Under the pieces are notes generated by a model. It was not told the DNA's origin. It was given only the letters and a program-made list of their open reading frames with translations, and searched no databases. From Octopus bimaculoides (Eukaryota), in the NCBI RefSeq assembly GCF_001194135.2, contig NC_068983.1, positions 4,949,852-5,013,851 on the forward strand: 64,000 nucleotides of DNA, given 5' to 3'. Below are positions 1 through 11,950 of the stretch, piece by piece; the stretch's first letter is position 1, and each line of letters opens with the position of its first letter. The translations under genes were made by a program, and so were the position numbers.

Positions 1-34
<34 letters not shown>

Positions 35-404
35 ACTGATTTTCACAGTTTCTATCTACCAAATGAACCCAATGTAATAGAAACAAGAATCGTGATGTTT
101 TAAAGTAAGTAAATTTATCTTTATATAATAATGGTTTAAAATTTTGACACAAGGTCCGCGAGTTTGGCGGGAGGGTCATGTCGATTACATCGACTCAAGT
201 GCACAGCTGCTACTTATTTTATCGATCTCGAAGAGATGAAAGGTAAAGTCGAATCCGGCAGCATTTTAACTTAGAACATAAAGACAGGAGTACTAATAGT
301 TTTGCCTGCTCGTTACCTTTTAACTTTATACAATGATAGCTGACATAAATGCTAATTGGTTGGTCCTCAAGTCACGTTTTACATTGCATAGAGAAAGGGA
401 GAGT

Positions 405-449
<45 letters not shown>

Positions 450-2581
450 TAAAAGAGAGATGCAGAGGGAGTTAACATAAGAAGTGCAAGATGAGAGCAC
501 ATACTAGGCTTAGTGGCAGGCAATGAATAGAAGGAGGCTACACAGACAATGAGAGAGAAAGAATATTAGAGACAGAGGAGGAGGACAGAATAGTTACGGG
601 CGGGGTTATACAAATGAGGAATAAGGAGGCTCTCCACAAACAAAAGTACAACAGTAGCCAGTATATTCGCGTTCGAATCTGCCGGAACATATTAATAATG
701 AATACGCGCTTTGGGGTTTTGCTTTATTTAATTTTATTTTATATTTTTCTTTTGAAAATTACAATTCATTACATCGTCTTGTGTAAACGCTAAAAAATTC
801 AATAGAAGTTAAATGATAATGATTGTATATATACCATATTTTCTGCAAAGATATATTTCCATATTTATCCGTTATATGATTGGTAAAACTCTAGTTCGTA
901 TATAACCCATACTATAATTGATACTATGGTAATTAATGTTGACTAATTAATCTTGTACCAATATGTATATGAGTTTTTTTAGTCACAAACATGCTAATAT
1001 TTTAATAAGTAGTTGAAAGCGGCGAGCGTCGGGAAAATGCTTTACGGCATTAATCGCGAGGTTAAAACTGCCTTCCATCCTATCCAGGTCGATTAAACAA
1101 AGTACAAATTAAGTCTTGCTGTGAAGGAATATCGACTAACCCTCCTCCAAGAATTTTTTGCCCGAGTATCTTAAATTAGAACCAGACATTACTTTTGAAG
1201 AGACAGCTGACTGAAATGGAATAAATTTTTACATGATAATGATTCTGGTCGGCGTAACTTATGGATATGAGACTGCATTTTCTTTTTATTTATTCAGAAC
1301 AGACTCTGTGTTGACACAGCTGGAATTACTAACTCTAACTAGTTATCTTACAGCTTGTTAGGTTCTACATTGTTTTTCATACATTCCTGATCAATAAAAC
1401 CAATTTATCAAACTGTGTGATTCGTTCGTTCCCTTGTCCAGCTGCATCCAATAGAAATTATTCTTATATTTTATTATACGACATTACCAAGCCGAACATA
1501 TTGGTCTGTTATAACAAGGACAACAATTTTATCTTGTTAAAGTCAACAGTTTTCCCCCTTCGATCAAGACCATAAAGTCAGCACCAATCTCGAGACATAA
1601 TTATTGCAAAATATTCATAGTTGTCTCCCTTGAGCATGATTCCATTCGATTCGCTAAATTGAAAAAATGTTAAAAAATAAAACTTCAGAAAATATTTATT
1701 CAAAATAACTTGGTGACAAAAAATTAGCCTAAGAGGGGTTGAACTAAGATATAATTCATGATAAGAAGATAGGGTATGCTTTTGTGTTGGCTGCTATTAA
1801 TAGCAAGTCGAATAACCACATAGAGGCTTCAGTCTCACAGTGACAATAAATAAATAGTTAAAATCGCATCAAATCATTCGTTGCTGTCTGTAGGACTCAC
1901 ATAGAACAAAGTAACGGCTTTCAAACCGTGTGTCGCAGCACGCTTGTATACAGCAAAGGTTATCCCAGGTGTCCTACAAACTTTAACAATATAATTTAAG
2001 GTTTCTAAAAATACTGATGCACGAGCGCTCTGAATAACCTGTTACTCTTAATTTTGCTGTTCAAATTTTGATATAATTTTAACATAATTGACTAAATAAA
2101 CCCGAAAATATGTAACTCCAAAAATAGCTAGAATAAAAAGGACTCCTGTATAAAATTTTTACGCGATGTTTTCAGTTTTAAGACTTAAGATTTTGGTTGT
2201 GTGAAAAGATCTGTATTCCTTAGCTCAAAACGCAGCCGAAATATATCTGTGATCGAAGCGTTGCGAGTGAATTTAGTAGACGGAAACTGAAAGAAACCCA
2301 TCATGTATATATTTATATATAATTAAGGTTCCGTTAAATTAGGTACTTAAATTGAGGTATCTTCCTAGGTCGGTATAATCCGCACACCCAAACAACATTA
2401 ATTGAATATTGAATATCAAGAATCCGTGCATGGGTGTTTGTACCTGATATTCCTGCCGTGTGTGCAGACAACGCAACTCAGCTAAGTGAAGATATTCGCT
2501 CTTGGTAATTCAGACATGTACTTTTATAAAGGTACTTTCTGTAGTATTTCTAAAGTGCAGATTCCAAGTGAGGTGAATAAA

Positions 2582-2723
2582 ATATGAGTAACAAAGATGC
2601 ACAGGTACCAATTCATTACGGTTGTTTCAAGCGACTCAGATGTAATGTTTTCATTAATCAATTAAAGGAGTCGCTTGAAACGGCCGTAATGAATTGATAC
2701 CTGTACGTCTTTGTTACTCATAT
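2582..2723. repeat. Inverted repeat with 56-nt arms and a 30-nt loop
   Basis: 2582-2637 and 2668-2723 are reverse complements with 5 differences. Confidence 0.9.
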
Positions 2724-3748
2724 ACATGGACGGTTTGACCGAGGACTGGAGATCCAGCGGCGGCACCAGGCTCCAATCTGATCTGGCAATGTTTCTATAG
2801 CTGGATGCCCTTGCTAACGCCAACCACTCCGAGAGTGTAGTGGGTACTTTTACATGCCACCGGCACAGGAGTCAGTCAGGTGGTACTGGCATCGACCATG
2901 TTCAGATAGTACTTTTTACGTGCCGCCGCCACGGGGGCCAGTCAGCGGGTACTGGCATCGGCCACGTTCAGATGGTGCTTTTTACGTGCCACCGGCACGG
3001 GGGAGGGGCAGTCATGCGGTCCGGGCATCGGTCACGTTCGGATATATATATATATATATATTCTTTTACTTGTTTCAGTCATTTGACTGTAGCCATGCTG
3101 GAGCACCGCCTTTAGTCGAGCAAATTGATCCCAGGACTTATTCTTTGTAAGCCTAGTACTTATTCTATCGGTCGCATTTGCCGAACCGCTAAGTTACGAG
3201 GACGTAAACACACAAACCTCGGTTGTCAAGCGGGGATGGGGACACAGACACACAAACATACACACACACACATATATATATACGACGGGCTTCTTTCAGT
3301 TTCCATCTACCAAATTCACTCACAAGGCTTTGGTCGGCTCGAGGCTATAGTAGAAGACACTTGCCCAAGGTGCCATGCAGTAGGACCAATCTTTTTCTTT
3401 TACTTGTTTCAGTCATTAGACTGCGTCCATGAGACACGACCTTGAAGGATTTTAGTCAACAAATCGACTCCAGAACTTGTTTTAAGCCAAATACTTATTC
3501 CAACGGACTCTTTTGCCGAATCTCTAAATTACGGGTACTTAAACACACCAACACCGGTTGTCAAGCAGTGGTGGTGGTGGTGGCGTGACACACGCATAGA
3601 TATATATACATGTGCTTACCAACAACATAGTTCTGGGTTAGGTCTCACTGCGTGTCACCCTGGACAAGTGTCTTCTACTATAACCTCGGGCCGACCAAAG
3701 CCTTGTGAGTGGATTTGGTAGACGGAAACTGAAAGAAGCCCGTCGTAT

Positions 3749-3780
<32 letters not shown>

Positions 3781-3829
3781 AGTATGTATGTATGTTTATG
3801 TGTTTGTCCCCCCAACATCNNNNNNNNNN

Positions 3830-3864
<35 letters not shown>

Positions 3865-5132
3865 CATATGAGAGCATATATATCGTAAGAGCGTCGGAAG
3901 AAATGCATTGCGCTATTCTCTGGGTTCAAATGTTACTGTTGTCAACTCTGCCTTTCATCCCACTGGGTTCCTAAAGTAAAATATCATCCACTTAACCGGG
4001 ATCATTTTATTTGACAAAGTCCTCTCGCCCAAAGTTTTACGCTTTGTACAACTATTTTTTAACCTCAGCCTAGCCCTGATCGAGCCGACAAACCTACAAC
4101 TACAAGCTTTTCACCCCTCTATTTTCTTGTATACATTTATATATGGTAGACATTATCCAATCTTTCTTCTATGTCTTTTTCTTTATAACAGTAAAATGTC
4201 ATTTGAGGGTGATTTGGCAGTTATTTCTAGTAAATCATGCGAACACGTGGTGGTTCCGTCGTTGGTTTGGGCGTTGCAAGATTAAAATGTAGTAGTAAGC
4301 TTCGTATATTAAAAAGTAGATATATCGTATTTGAGGGCATAAAAACCGTAAGGGCATAACAGAGGCACACGATTTCATCAGGGCATATTTAGGGAAAGGC
4401 GACAACAAAAAGCAACTTTTAGAGGACAAAAGCACAATTAACATAATATTTAAAGTAGCTTCACGTAGAAAATCCGGGGTAATTTTTGGGGGTGAAAAAA
4501 TGTGCGTCTGATTATGCCATCAAACACAATAAATATCAAAAAATTCGAATAGAAAACTTGACGACACGTATAAATTAATGACTTGGAAGGATTGTCGCTG
4601 TTAAAAAAAATATTAAAAAAACAAAACTTGATAATGTGAAGAACTATTTGTTTAGTCAGCATTTTTCTGGAAAAAAAAATGGTAAAGAACCATCATCAAA
4701 ACCATGATGCAATATAAAAGAGAAATTAAACACAAGTATATTAATTAAAAAATTAATTATATTTCATCTTAAATATCATCAATATAAGGTGTATTTATGT
4801 TTTTCTCGTGGTCTTTTGGCCGGCTCTTTACGTTCTCGATTCAAATCAAGCTGAGATCATCTTTGCCGTTCATTGTTTCTGGGTCGATAAAATAAAGTAC
4901 CAGCCAACCATTATAGGTAGATATAACCGACTGTTCCCCCCTCCCCTTAAATTTAAGGTTTTGTGCTTATGTAAAATAGATCACAGATTTGATAGGGTTA
5001 CTGGGGTAGAACTAAAAGTTAAGAACGATCAGCTGGAATGTGATTGATTCATTTCGATAGGACTGAAATAGTGCGATAGAGTTATTTCCCTTCTTACCGG
5101 ATGTTTCTCTGATTTCCCAGAATCCTGTTAGC

Positions 5133-5140
5133 GCCACGTC
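5133..5140 (+). promoter_or_regulatory. GCCACGTC, CREB3/CrebA/XBP1-like bZIP site upstream of KDELR
   Basis: Motif about 100 nt upstream of the KDELR ATG. A second related site, ACACGTGG (CCACGTGT on minus), is at 4243-4250. Confidence 0.4.
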
Positions 5141-5238
5141 CTCACAAGTGGAGACATTGCAAGAAGGTGTGAGAGACGAAGACCAACAACAACAACACCA
5201 GCCACAAACACCAGCCACACTCGAACTAAACATCCAAC

Positions 5239-5329
5239 ATGAATATTTTCAGGCTCATTGGAGATATGTCACATTTGTTGGCAATCATTATATTGCTGCT
5301 GAAAATATGGAAGACAAGATCTTGTGCAG
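5239..5329 (+). CDS. KDELR: KDEL receptor exon 1 ([31 protein letters not shown]), phase-1 end
   Basis: ATG at 5239. The translation is nearly identical to the ERD2/KDELR N-terminus. GT donor at 5330, and the phase matches the next exon. Confidence 0.97.
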
Positions 5330-6526
5330 GTTAGCCAATATTGAATGCCTTCCTTTCACTCTTGCACTTCTGCTGGCCTTTTTTTCCCTCTCTCCCTCTC
5401 TCTTCAAACTGACAACTTTACACCGGTTCATTCATAACTTTACTTCACAAACCACAATACACCATTTCTTCATTTATTCATATTAAACTGCCAATTTCCT
5501 TCCAGCTTTTTTTACCCAGCATCTAAAAAGGTTTTATTGTATAACGCTTTACAAGAACGCACCATTCATGAAACGAAGATATTTCATTGTCGATCTTCAT
5601 GTATAACATCGTTCTAATCCGACTCCTACTCGCTGAAACGAGAGGCGTTTAATTATATTAAAGGTTACTTAGATAAAGTTGGTTAGCAGTGATAAATATT
5701 AATCTCTTTCATGAAATCTCTGAATTCTTTGCACCTTTTTCGAGAATATTTTACAGTATTTTATCTGCAGCAAAAGTATTTATATGGATTTATATACCAT
5801 TCCCTTACAACTAAATTGTTGCTATAACTTGGAATGCGTAGATGTGTGTGTGTGATTTTTGTTTGGTTCATAATTGCAGCTATCTTGCGACATCCTATGG
5901 TCCGGATCTTTAACCTTCATTCATTACTATATTGAACGCACCTGTAAATCATTCTGATTTTTTTTTTTTGTTTTTGTGTAACTGGTTAATTAATTGAACA
6001 CCTGCGTTAGCTTTAAAATTTGGCTTCAGTAGTAACGAGTACGAATTATCAAGGAAGTTCTCCACCCGATAACTGTGTCTCTTCCACGCGCGCATACATA
6101 CCCACATGCAGGTGTGCTGATACATATATGTATGTATAATTATATGAGGGAAGTGAGCAGTGGATGTTGTATAGTCTGTGGTAGTTTTTATTCAATGTCA
6201 ATCATATATTTAATTTGTTAGCTTTATTTGAAAGAGTACCCTACTCCCCCTACTGATTTTTAAACACCTGTCCCCTGCACTATTCAAATATCGTTTGATA
6301 TCAGTATTTAAAGTAAACATTGTTTATTGATAAGTTTATAGAAGCAATTGTTGAGAAATCATTGGAGAAGGTGTGTGATTACTCGACATGGTAAAAATAG
6401 CAGCCAGACCATACACATCATCTCAAACCACACCGTATCGCCTTTATATATATATATATATATATATGCATCTATCTATCTATCTATATATATATATGTA
6501 TATATCTATCTATCTATATATATGTA

Positions 6527-6572
<46 letters not shown>

Positions 6573-7947
6573 TGCGTGCTCCATCTATGCAAAAAAAAAA
6601 ATAGCAACCAAATCCCTCTCTTTCAAATAACCTACCACCTTTGAAAAAAAGACTGGATGGTTACGTTTTTGATCATAGTTCTGTTGCATCAGGCTTGCCT
6701 TTGAACTGACCAACAGTTGCATGCAAACTAAAATGATTATGTTGGTTGTTGTGATGATATTGCTGTATATATATATATGGCTATGCAGTTAAATCTAAAT
6801 TGCTGCCGATTTTCTGCTGAAATCTGCAGTGAACCCTACGTAGAAATCACTATTAGAATGCTTCGTTGTAAATGTTTCCATTTTGCTGGCTCGGCATAAA
6901 AGTTAGCTAACACACACACACACACACACACACTGAGAAATCAGGAAATGATTCACAAGGTACTTTCTTCTTCTTCTTCCAGAACCCTGCGAAATATTCT
7001 CTCTCTCTTTCTCTTCTCCTACTCACACACATTCTTTAAATATACAACAATCAATGTAAGTACTGAGATGTTTTAGCAACATCCTGCCGTTTTCCATGGA
7101 ATGTCAATATCTGCGAGGAAAAGAGTTTGACGGTTTGTCTTCAACCCTGCCTCATGAAATATCGAGAGACGTTGGCGGCGGCCGACTGTGGGTGTGTGTG
7201 ACTGAGTTCTAGTAGTAGTAGTAGTAGTAGTAGTAGCAACAGTAAAGAGAGTAGGGAGACAAGACGAAGGGTTATGTATAATTTGCAAGGTGGAGGTTTT
7301 TCTAAGTTGTAGTGTCTACGTATGGCGTGGACACGTTGCTAGTCAAGCTCTATCGACTGCTGTGCTGCCACATAAGCCAGAACTCCGTGCTCACTTCCGT
7401 CGATCTCTCACTTCCTTCTCTCTCGCAAACGTGATTCTCTTGGATTCTTTTTTCTATCTTTTATACTTTACTTCTTTTCTTTGAAAACTCATCGATTTTA
7501 AAAAAAAGAAAATCCCCCCCCCCATTCGAGAACAGTTAATAAAACGACTTTTAAAAAAATGTTGGGTGACGTATTTATAGTCTTTAAATTAATTCGCTGT
7601 GGGCGGGATTCGTTTGAATGAAAAGTCCCATTCAAATAAATAATATACAAGCTGCAAATATCTATGCATCTGGGTATTGGGCCCCTGGAATATAAGAGCT
7701 ACGGACCTTCTACTTAAATAATTTACTGTTAAACACCACTCGGGGTCGGTTTTGTTTCTTCAATTGATTGATAAATTTTATAGTCTTTATGTCGCTGATA
7801 ACTATTTTTTTCTACTGTATTACTGTAGCAAGTTTCTTTTTAATTAAATATTAGGTTTGTATCATATAGCCGTTGTAGACTTGCAAAATACATGCGCATA
7901 CATACTCTGTATTTATGTGTGTGTGTGTATATATATAGATATAATAA

Positions 7948-8165
7948 TATGGTGTATGTACTTAATGCATATATCCTGTATGTATATGATGCATTTTATA
8001 TGCACACACACACGCACTGATACATATAAATTGTAAGTTTATCGTGTTTATGTGCATATATAAAATATGGTGTATGTACTTAATGCTGTATGTATATGAT
8101 ACATTTTATATACACACACTGAGTCTATATGATGCATATATAAATTGTAAGTTTATCGCGTGTTT
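7948..8165 (+). repeat. Tandem duplication of about 118 bp
   Basis: atatggtgtatgtacttaatgc...tataaattgtaagtttatcg occurs twice. Confidence 0.8.
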
Positions 8166-9990
8166 GTGTGTATATATATTTTTGTGTATATTGTGTATGC
8201 ATATGTCCAGGGGTAGATGGTGGGCGTTACTTCTATAGCCTGACCTCTTTAATTTTTCTCGCCGGTGTTTTTGTAATGGTGTCCGGTCTCACTCAGTTGT
8301 CTATTCTGGCATTGTTTTGCGTCGGTGTGTCACACGAATCCAGCATATTATTAGCGGAGCTAAATGAGATTATATACACCTAGTCTTTTATACTTAAAAC
8401 ATCTGACCCCACCAACCAAGGGAGGCTCAGCACGGTCCACTCAGCCTGCTAGATATAGCAACTAAATCCCTAGTAATGTACACTGTCTTAAAAGAAAATA
8501 AGAGAAAGATGCATTAAATTATTTGGTTTAGAGATACTTTTGGGTGAAGGGAGTTCCCGACGGGATGGTCGCGGTTAAAACGTCTTTATAGTTCTGCTCT
8601 ATCGGGACTGAACATTCAATCGTCTGCAATTTTTTTCTTAAAATATCTGGACTATTTTTTTTCCTTTTCTTTAGTTTCTGTTTCTATGTATTTTGTACTG
8701 TTTACCTAATACTTCGAATTACCTGTTTCAGCTTTTTACGTTTTATGTTCAAACCCCAACGAGATCAACATTACTTTTCGTTCGCACGGGGTCGATGAAT
8801 TAAGAACCCAGCAAGTGAAGAGCTAGGGGTTTATTTACTCGAATATCCCTACAAATTACTGACTTTTTGCCTTTTACTTGGCGTTAATTTTTGGAACTTT
8901 TAAGATGGATAATTCCGTGTCCGATATTACAACGAACGGCGTGCGAATATTCGCCATTTGCCTGAGAACATATGAAAGTCGGCTGAAGTTAGATAAATAT
9001 ATAAAAATAGAAGTATTATTTAACTAGTTGCTAATCTTGCCCCGGATGGAGCGGGGGTGGGACTCTACTTGGTCGTTCGGTTTGCTAGATATAAGTCAAA
9101 TTCCATCTCAAATAAATAAATATATATATATATTAGTTGTTTTCCCTGGACATAGGTATAAAATAGATATGTTAGGTGATGGTCACGGCTGGAATGTTTG
9201 ACCAGTGAGAGGTGTGCCCAATCACGGCTGCCTTGGCGTTAAATAACAGCAACATTTTTGAAGATGGGCCATCAAAATAAGGACATTGAATACTATAGTT
9301 TCAGATCCACTATGTCTAAATAAAAAGTTGGTATGATCATGGCTGGAATGCCTTTGATCATAAGGGTCTGCTGGACCAGAGGAGACTGGGTGCTGAGACA
9401 ACTATTATGAAATGACAGGATGAATGTTTTTTTCTTCTCCAATAAAGGTACAAGTCACTTAGGATGGGGACTACTCTGAACCTGGTTTGAGAACTCTAGT
9501 ATTGGCCACCATCATTATCCATTCGTTTTTTTTCCATGCATTCCATTTTAGGGTTGGCTCCAATGGGCTGCATTCCCTTAATGACCAGCCACTTGACAGA
9601 ATGCATTTTAATGTGGCACCAGCTCTTGAAAAATTATCGTATCCCCAGCAAACTTAAAGAGTCCTCTCTACCCTACTTTGTCTCTGTCTCTTTCTTTTCC
9701 ATATAGCCAGGCAGGAAGAGAGTTAGAGAGAGAATGTGTGATAGAAGTAAGATGATATAAGAGAGAGTGAGGGAGTGATAGACAGCTGCATGATGGTTAT
9801 TGGTAAGGAGCTTGGTTAGGAACAACCTGACAGAGTAATTAAAGAGAACCAAAGCAAGAGGGTATTAGGGGAGAATAATACAAGAGATAATGATAGATAG
9901 CTACCAAACAGTTGTTAAGTGACTAAAGAGAAAGTGTGTGTTATGGTTGGTGACAAGAAAGGAGATAAGGCATGATTGAAGGGAGAGTAC

Positions 9991-10022
<32 letters not shown>

Positions 10023-11389
10023 CAAGTGATAGATGTGAAACATGGGTGATAGTATTGGTATCCACCAAGAGGACAACTTGTCTTGACCTGCTGAAATTAG
10101 ATTTAGTTTCGGTGACATGACCTCAGTTTGAATTGAAAGATTAACAGGATCAAAACTTGGCTCTTATTATTCACCACCTTTCTCATTTATTTATTGAATT
10201 CTCATTGCCCCTTCCAATTCTATCAAATTCTATGTGCATCCATCTTCTTTGTCCCTTTATTCCTGGGAGGGTCATGGTGGCAGATCCTATGTCGGGTCCT
10301 ATAAGAAGCAGTCATCATTACCCTTTCTGGCTGGATTCCCAAGCATGACCAACTGAGATTTAGAATATTATTTCGTTAAGATAGTTTCTACACATATTCT
10401 ATAGAACTCCTAGCCAACACTGATTTTTGCTATGTTTCGTATCAAGATGTCCAATGTAAACAAACAATGTGATCCAGGACGAAAATCGGTATTAAGTGTA
10501 TATGCCATATTACAGGGATTGTTGCCCCTTCATCAGCTCCCATCGAACCCATTATTGCCTCCAAACACGTGCTTATAAAGAACAACCTGAAAATAGTGTT
10601 TAACGTCCGCTTTCCATGCTGGCATGGGTTGGACGGTTCGACTGAGGGCTGGTGAGCCAGAAAGCTGCACCAAGCTCCAATCTGAACTGGCAAAGTTTCT
10701 ACACCTGGATGCCCTTCCTAACGCCAGGACTTATAAAAACATTTAGTCTGCTTCATAGTATATTATGTTTGCATAACAAAGTACCACAAATCATTAACTA
10801 TGGATATTATCCAACCAGCTTGTTCTTGGTCTACCCTAGGCCTCCTTCTGGTTGGCTTGGCTTGAAAAATCTATCTGGCAGTTCTTTCCTACTTTCTAAT
10901 CACATGTCCATTGTAAAGGTGCAGTGATCTCTCAATGCTAGAAATAGCAGCCTGATCTGGATAGACTCCTTGATCTCTGAGACACATACCCTGTCAAGTA
11001 ACATTTCTATCCTCATTTAACGCCCGTTGTCCATGCTGATATGGGTTGGACGGTTTGACCACGGCTTGTAAGCTGAGGGGCTGCACCAGACTCCAGTCTG
11101 ATTTGGCAAAGTTTCTACAGCTGGATGCCCTTCCTAAAGCCAACAATTCCGATAGTGTAAAGGGTCAGAGGAAAAGTCAACCTCAGCAGAATTTGAACCA
11201 CTAAGCATTTTGCCCAGCGTGCTAAGGATTCTGCCAGTTTTCATATATTAACCTATATAATATCCCCTTGTTAGTGCCCCCTTCTATTAATTTTGGAGAT
11301 TTGAGATGAATATGTCTCCAATATATCTAGTCTTAGTTTCCAAGTCATCTAAACTGTTTAGGGATTATTCTCTTTATAAGTTAGTCAGG

Positions 11390-11950
11390 GGAGAAAAGGG
11401 GGCACTTCCTCCCATGACTTTTACTGCCCCTTTAGACTGGTAAGACGCATGTTGTTGAAGCTCAGGTTCAAGATCTATCCAAAAAGCACAGGTAGGTGGG
11501 AATTCCAGAGGGATGTTGTTCTGGGGAGGAAGGACTGGTAGAAGTGTTTAATGTGTTATGTAGTAGGTGAGATACAAGAGAAGTGGGACAGGTCAGTTTG
11601 GCCGTAAGGGGATGCTGCTAGTCAGTTCAGATGAGCCTAAGCCATTGTAGTATTGGTAGAAATGGCAGAGAGAAGATAGAGCATGCTGGTGAGCTGTCGA
11701 TCAGTGGAATGGCTTTGTTTTGGATTCAGTGTGGAGAATCTGTGAGCTGTGAGTGTAGCACCAGCACAGTTGCGTAGATGTGTGCAGCAGTACTCAAATG
11801 TCAGTTTAACACAAACTTTTTATAGGATCAATAACAGAGCCTGAAGAGAAATCCTAGTTTTTGAGGGAGTTTTGTGTTTGGACAGTGCTCTTATAGATGT
11901 GGAATTATCAGGGGAGATCATCAGAGATGTGACAGATGTAATTCGAAACA
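11390..11950 (-). mobile_element. Decayed CR1/L2/Jockey-type LINE C-terminal fragment
   Basis: The minus-strand translation contains FYQYYNGLGSSEL and EYCCT.LRNCAGA-like segments. Confidence 0.5.

Noticed and set aside
1488-1653. Possible minus-strand exon with a good acceptor and a GTAATG donor
   Set aside because: All three frames contain stops and no protein similarity was recognised.
5148-5486. 112-aa ORF overlapping KDELR exon 1
   Set aside because: It is an off-frame reading. The real ATG is at 5239 in another frame and splices at 5329.
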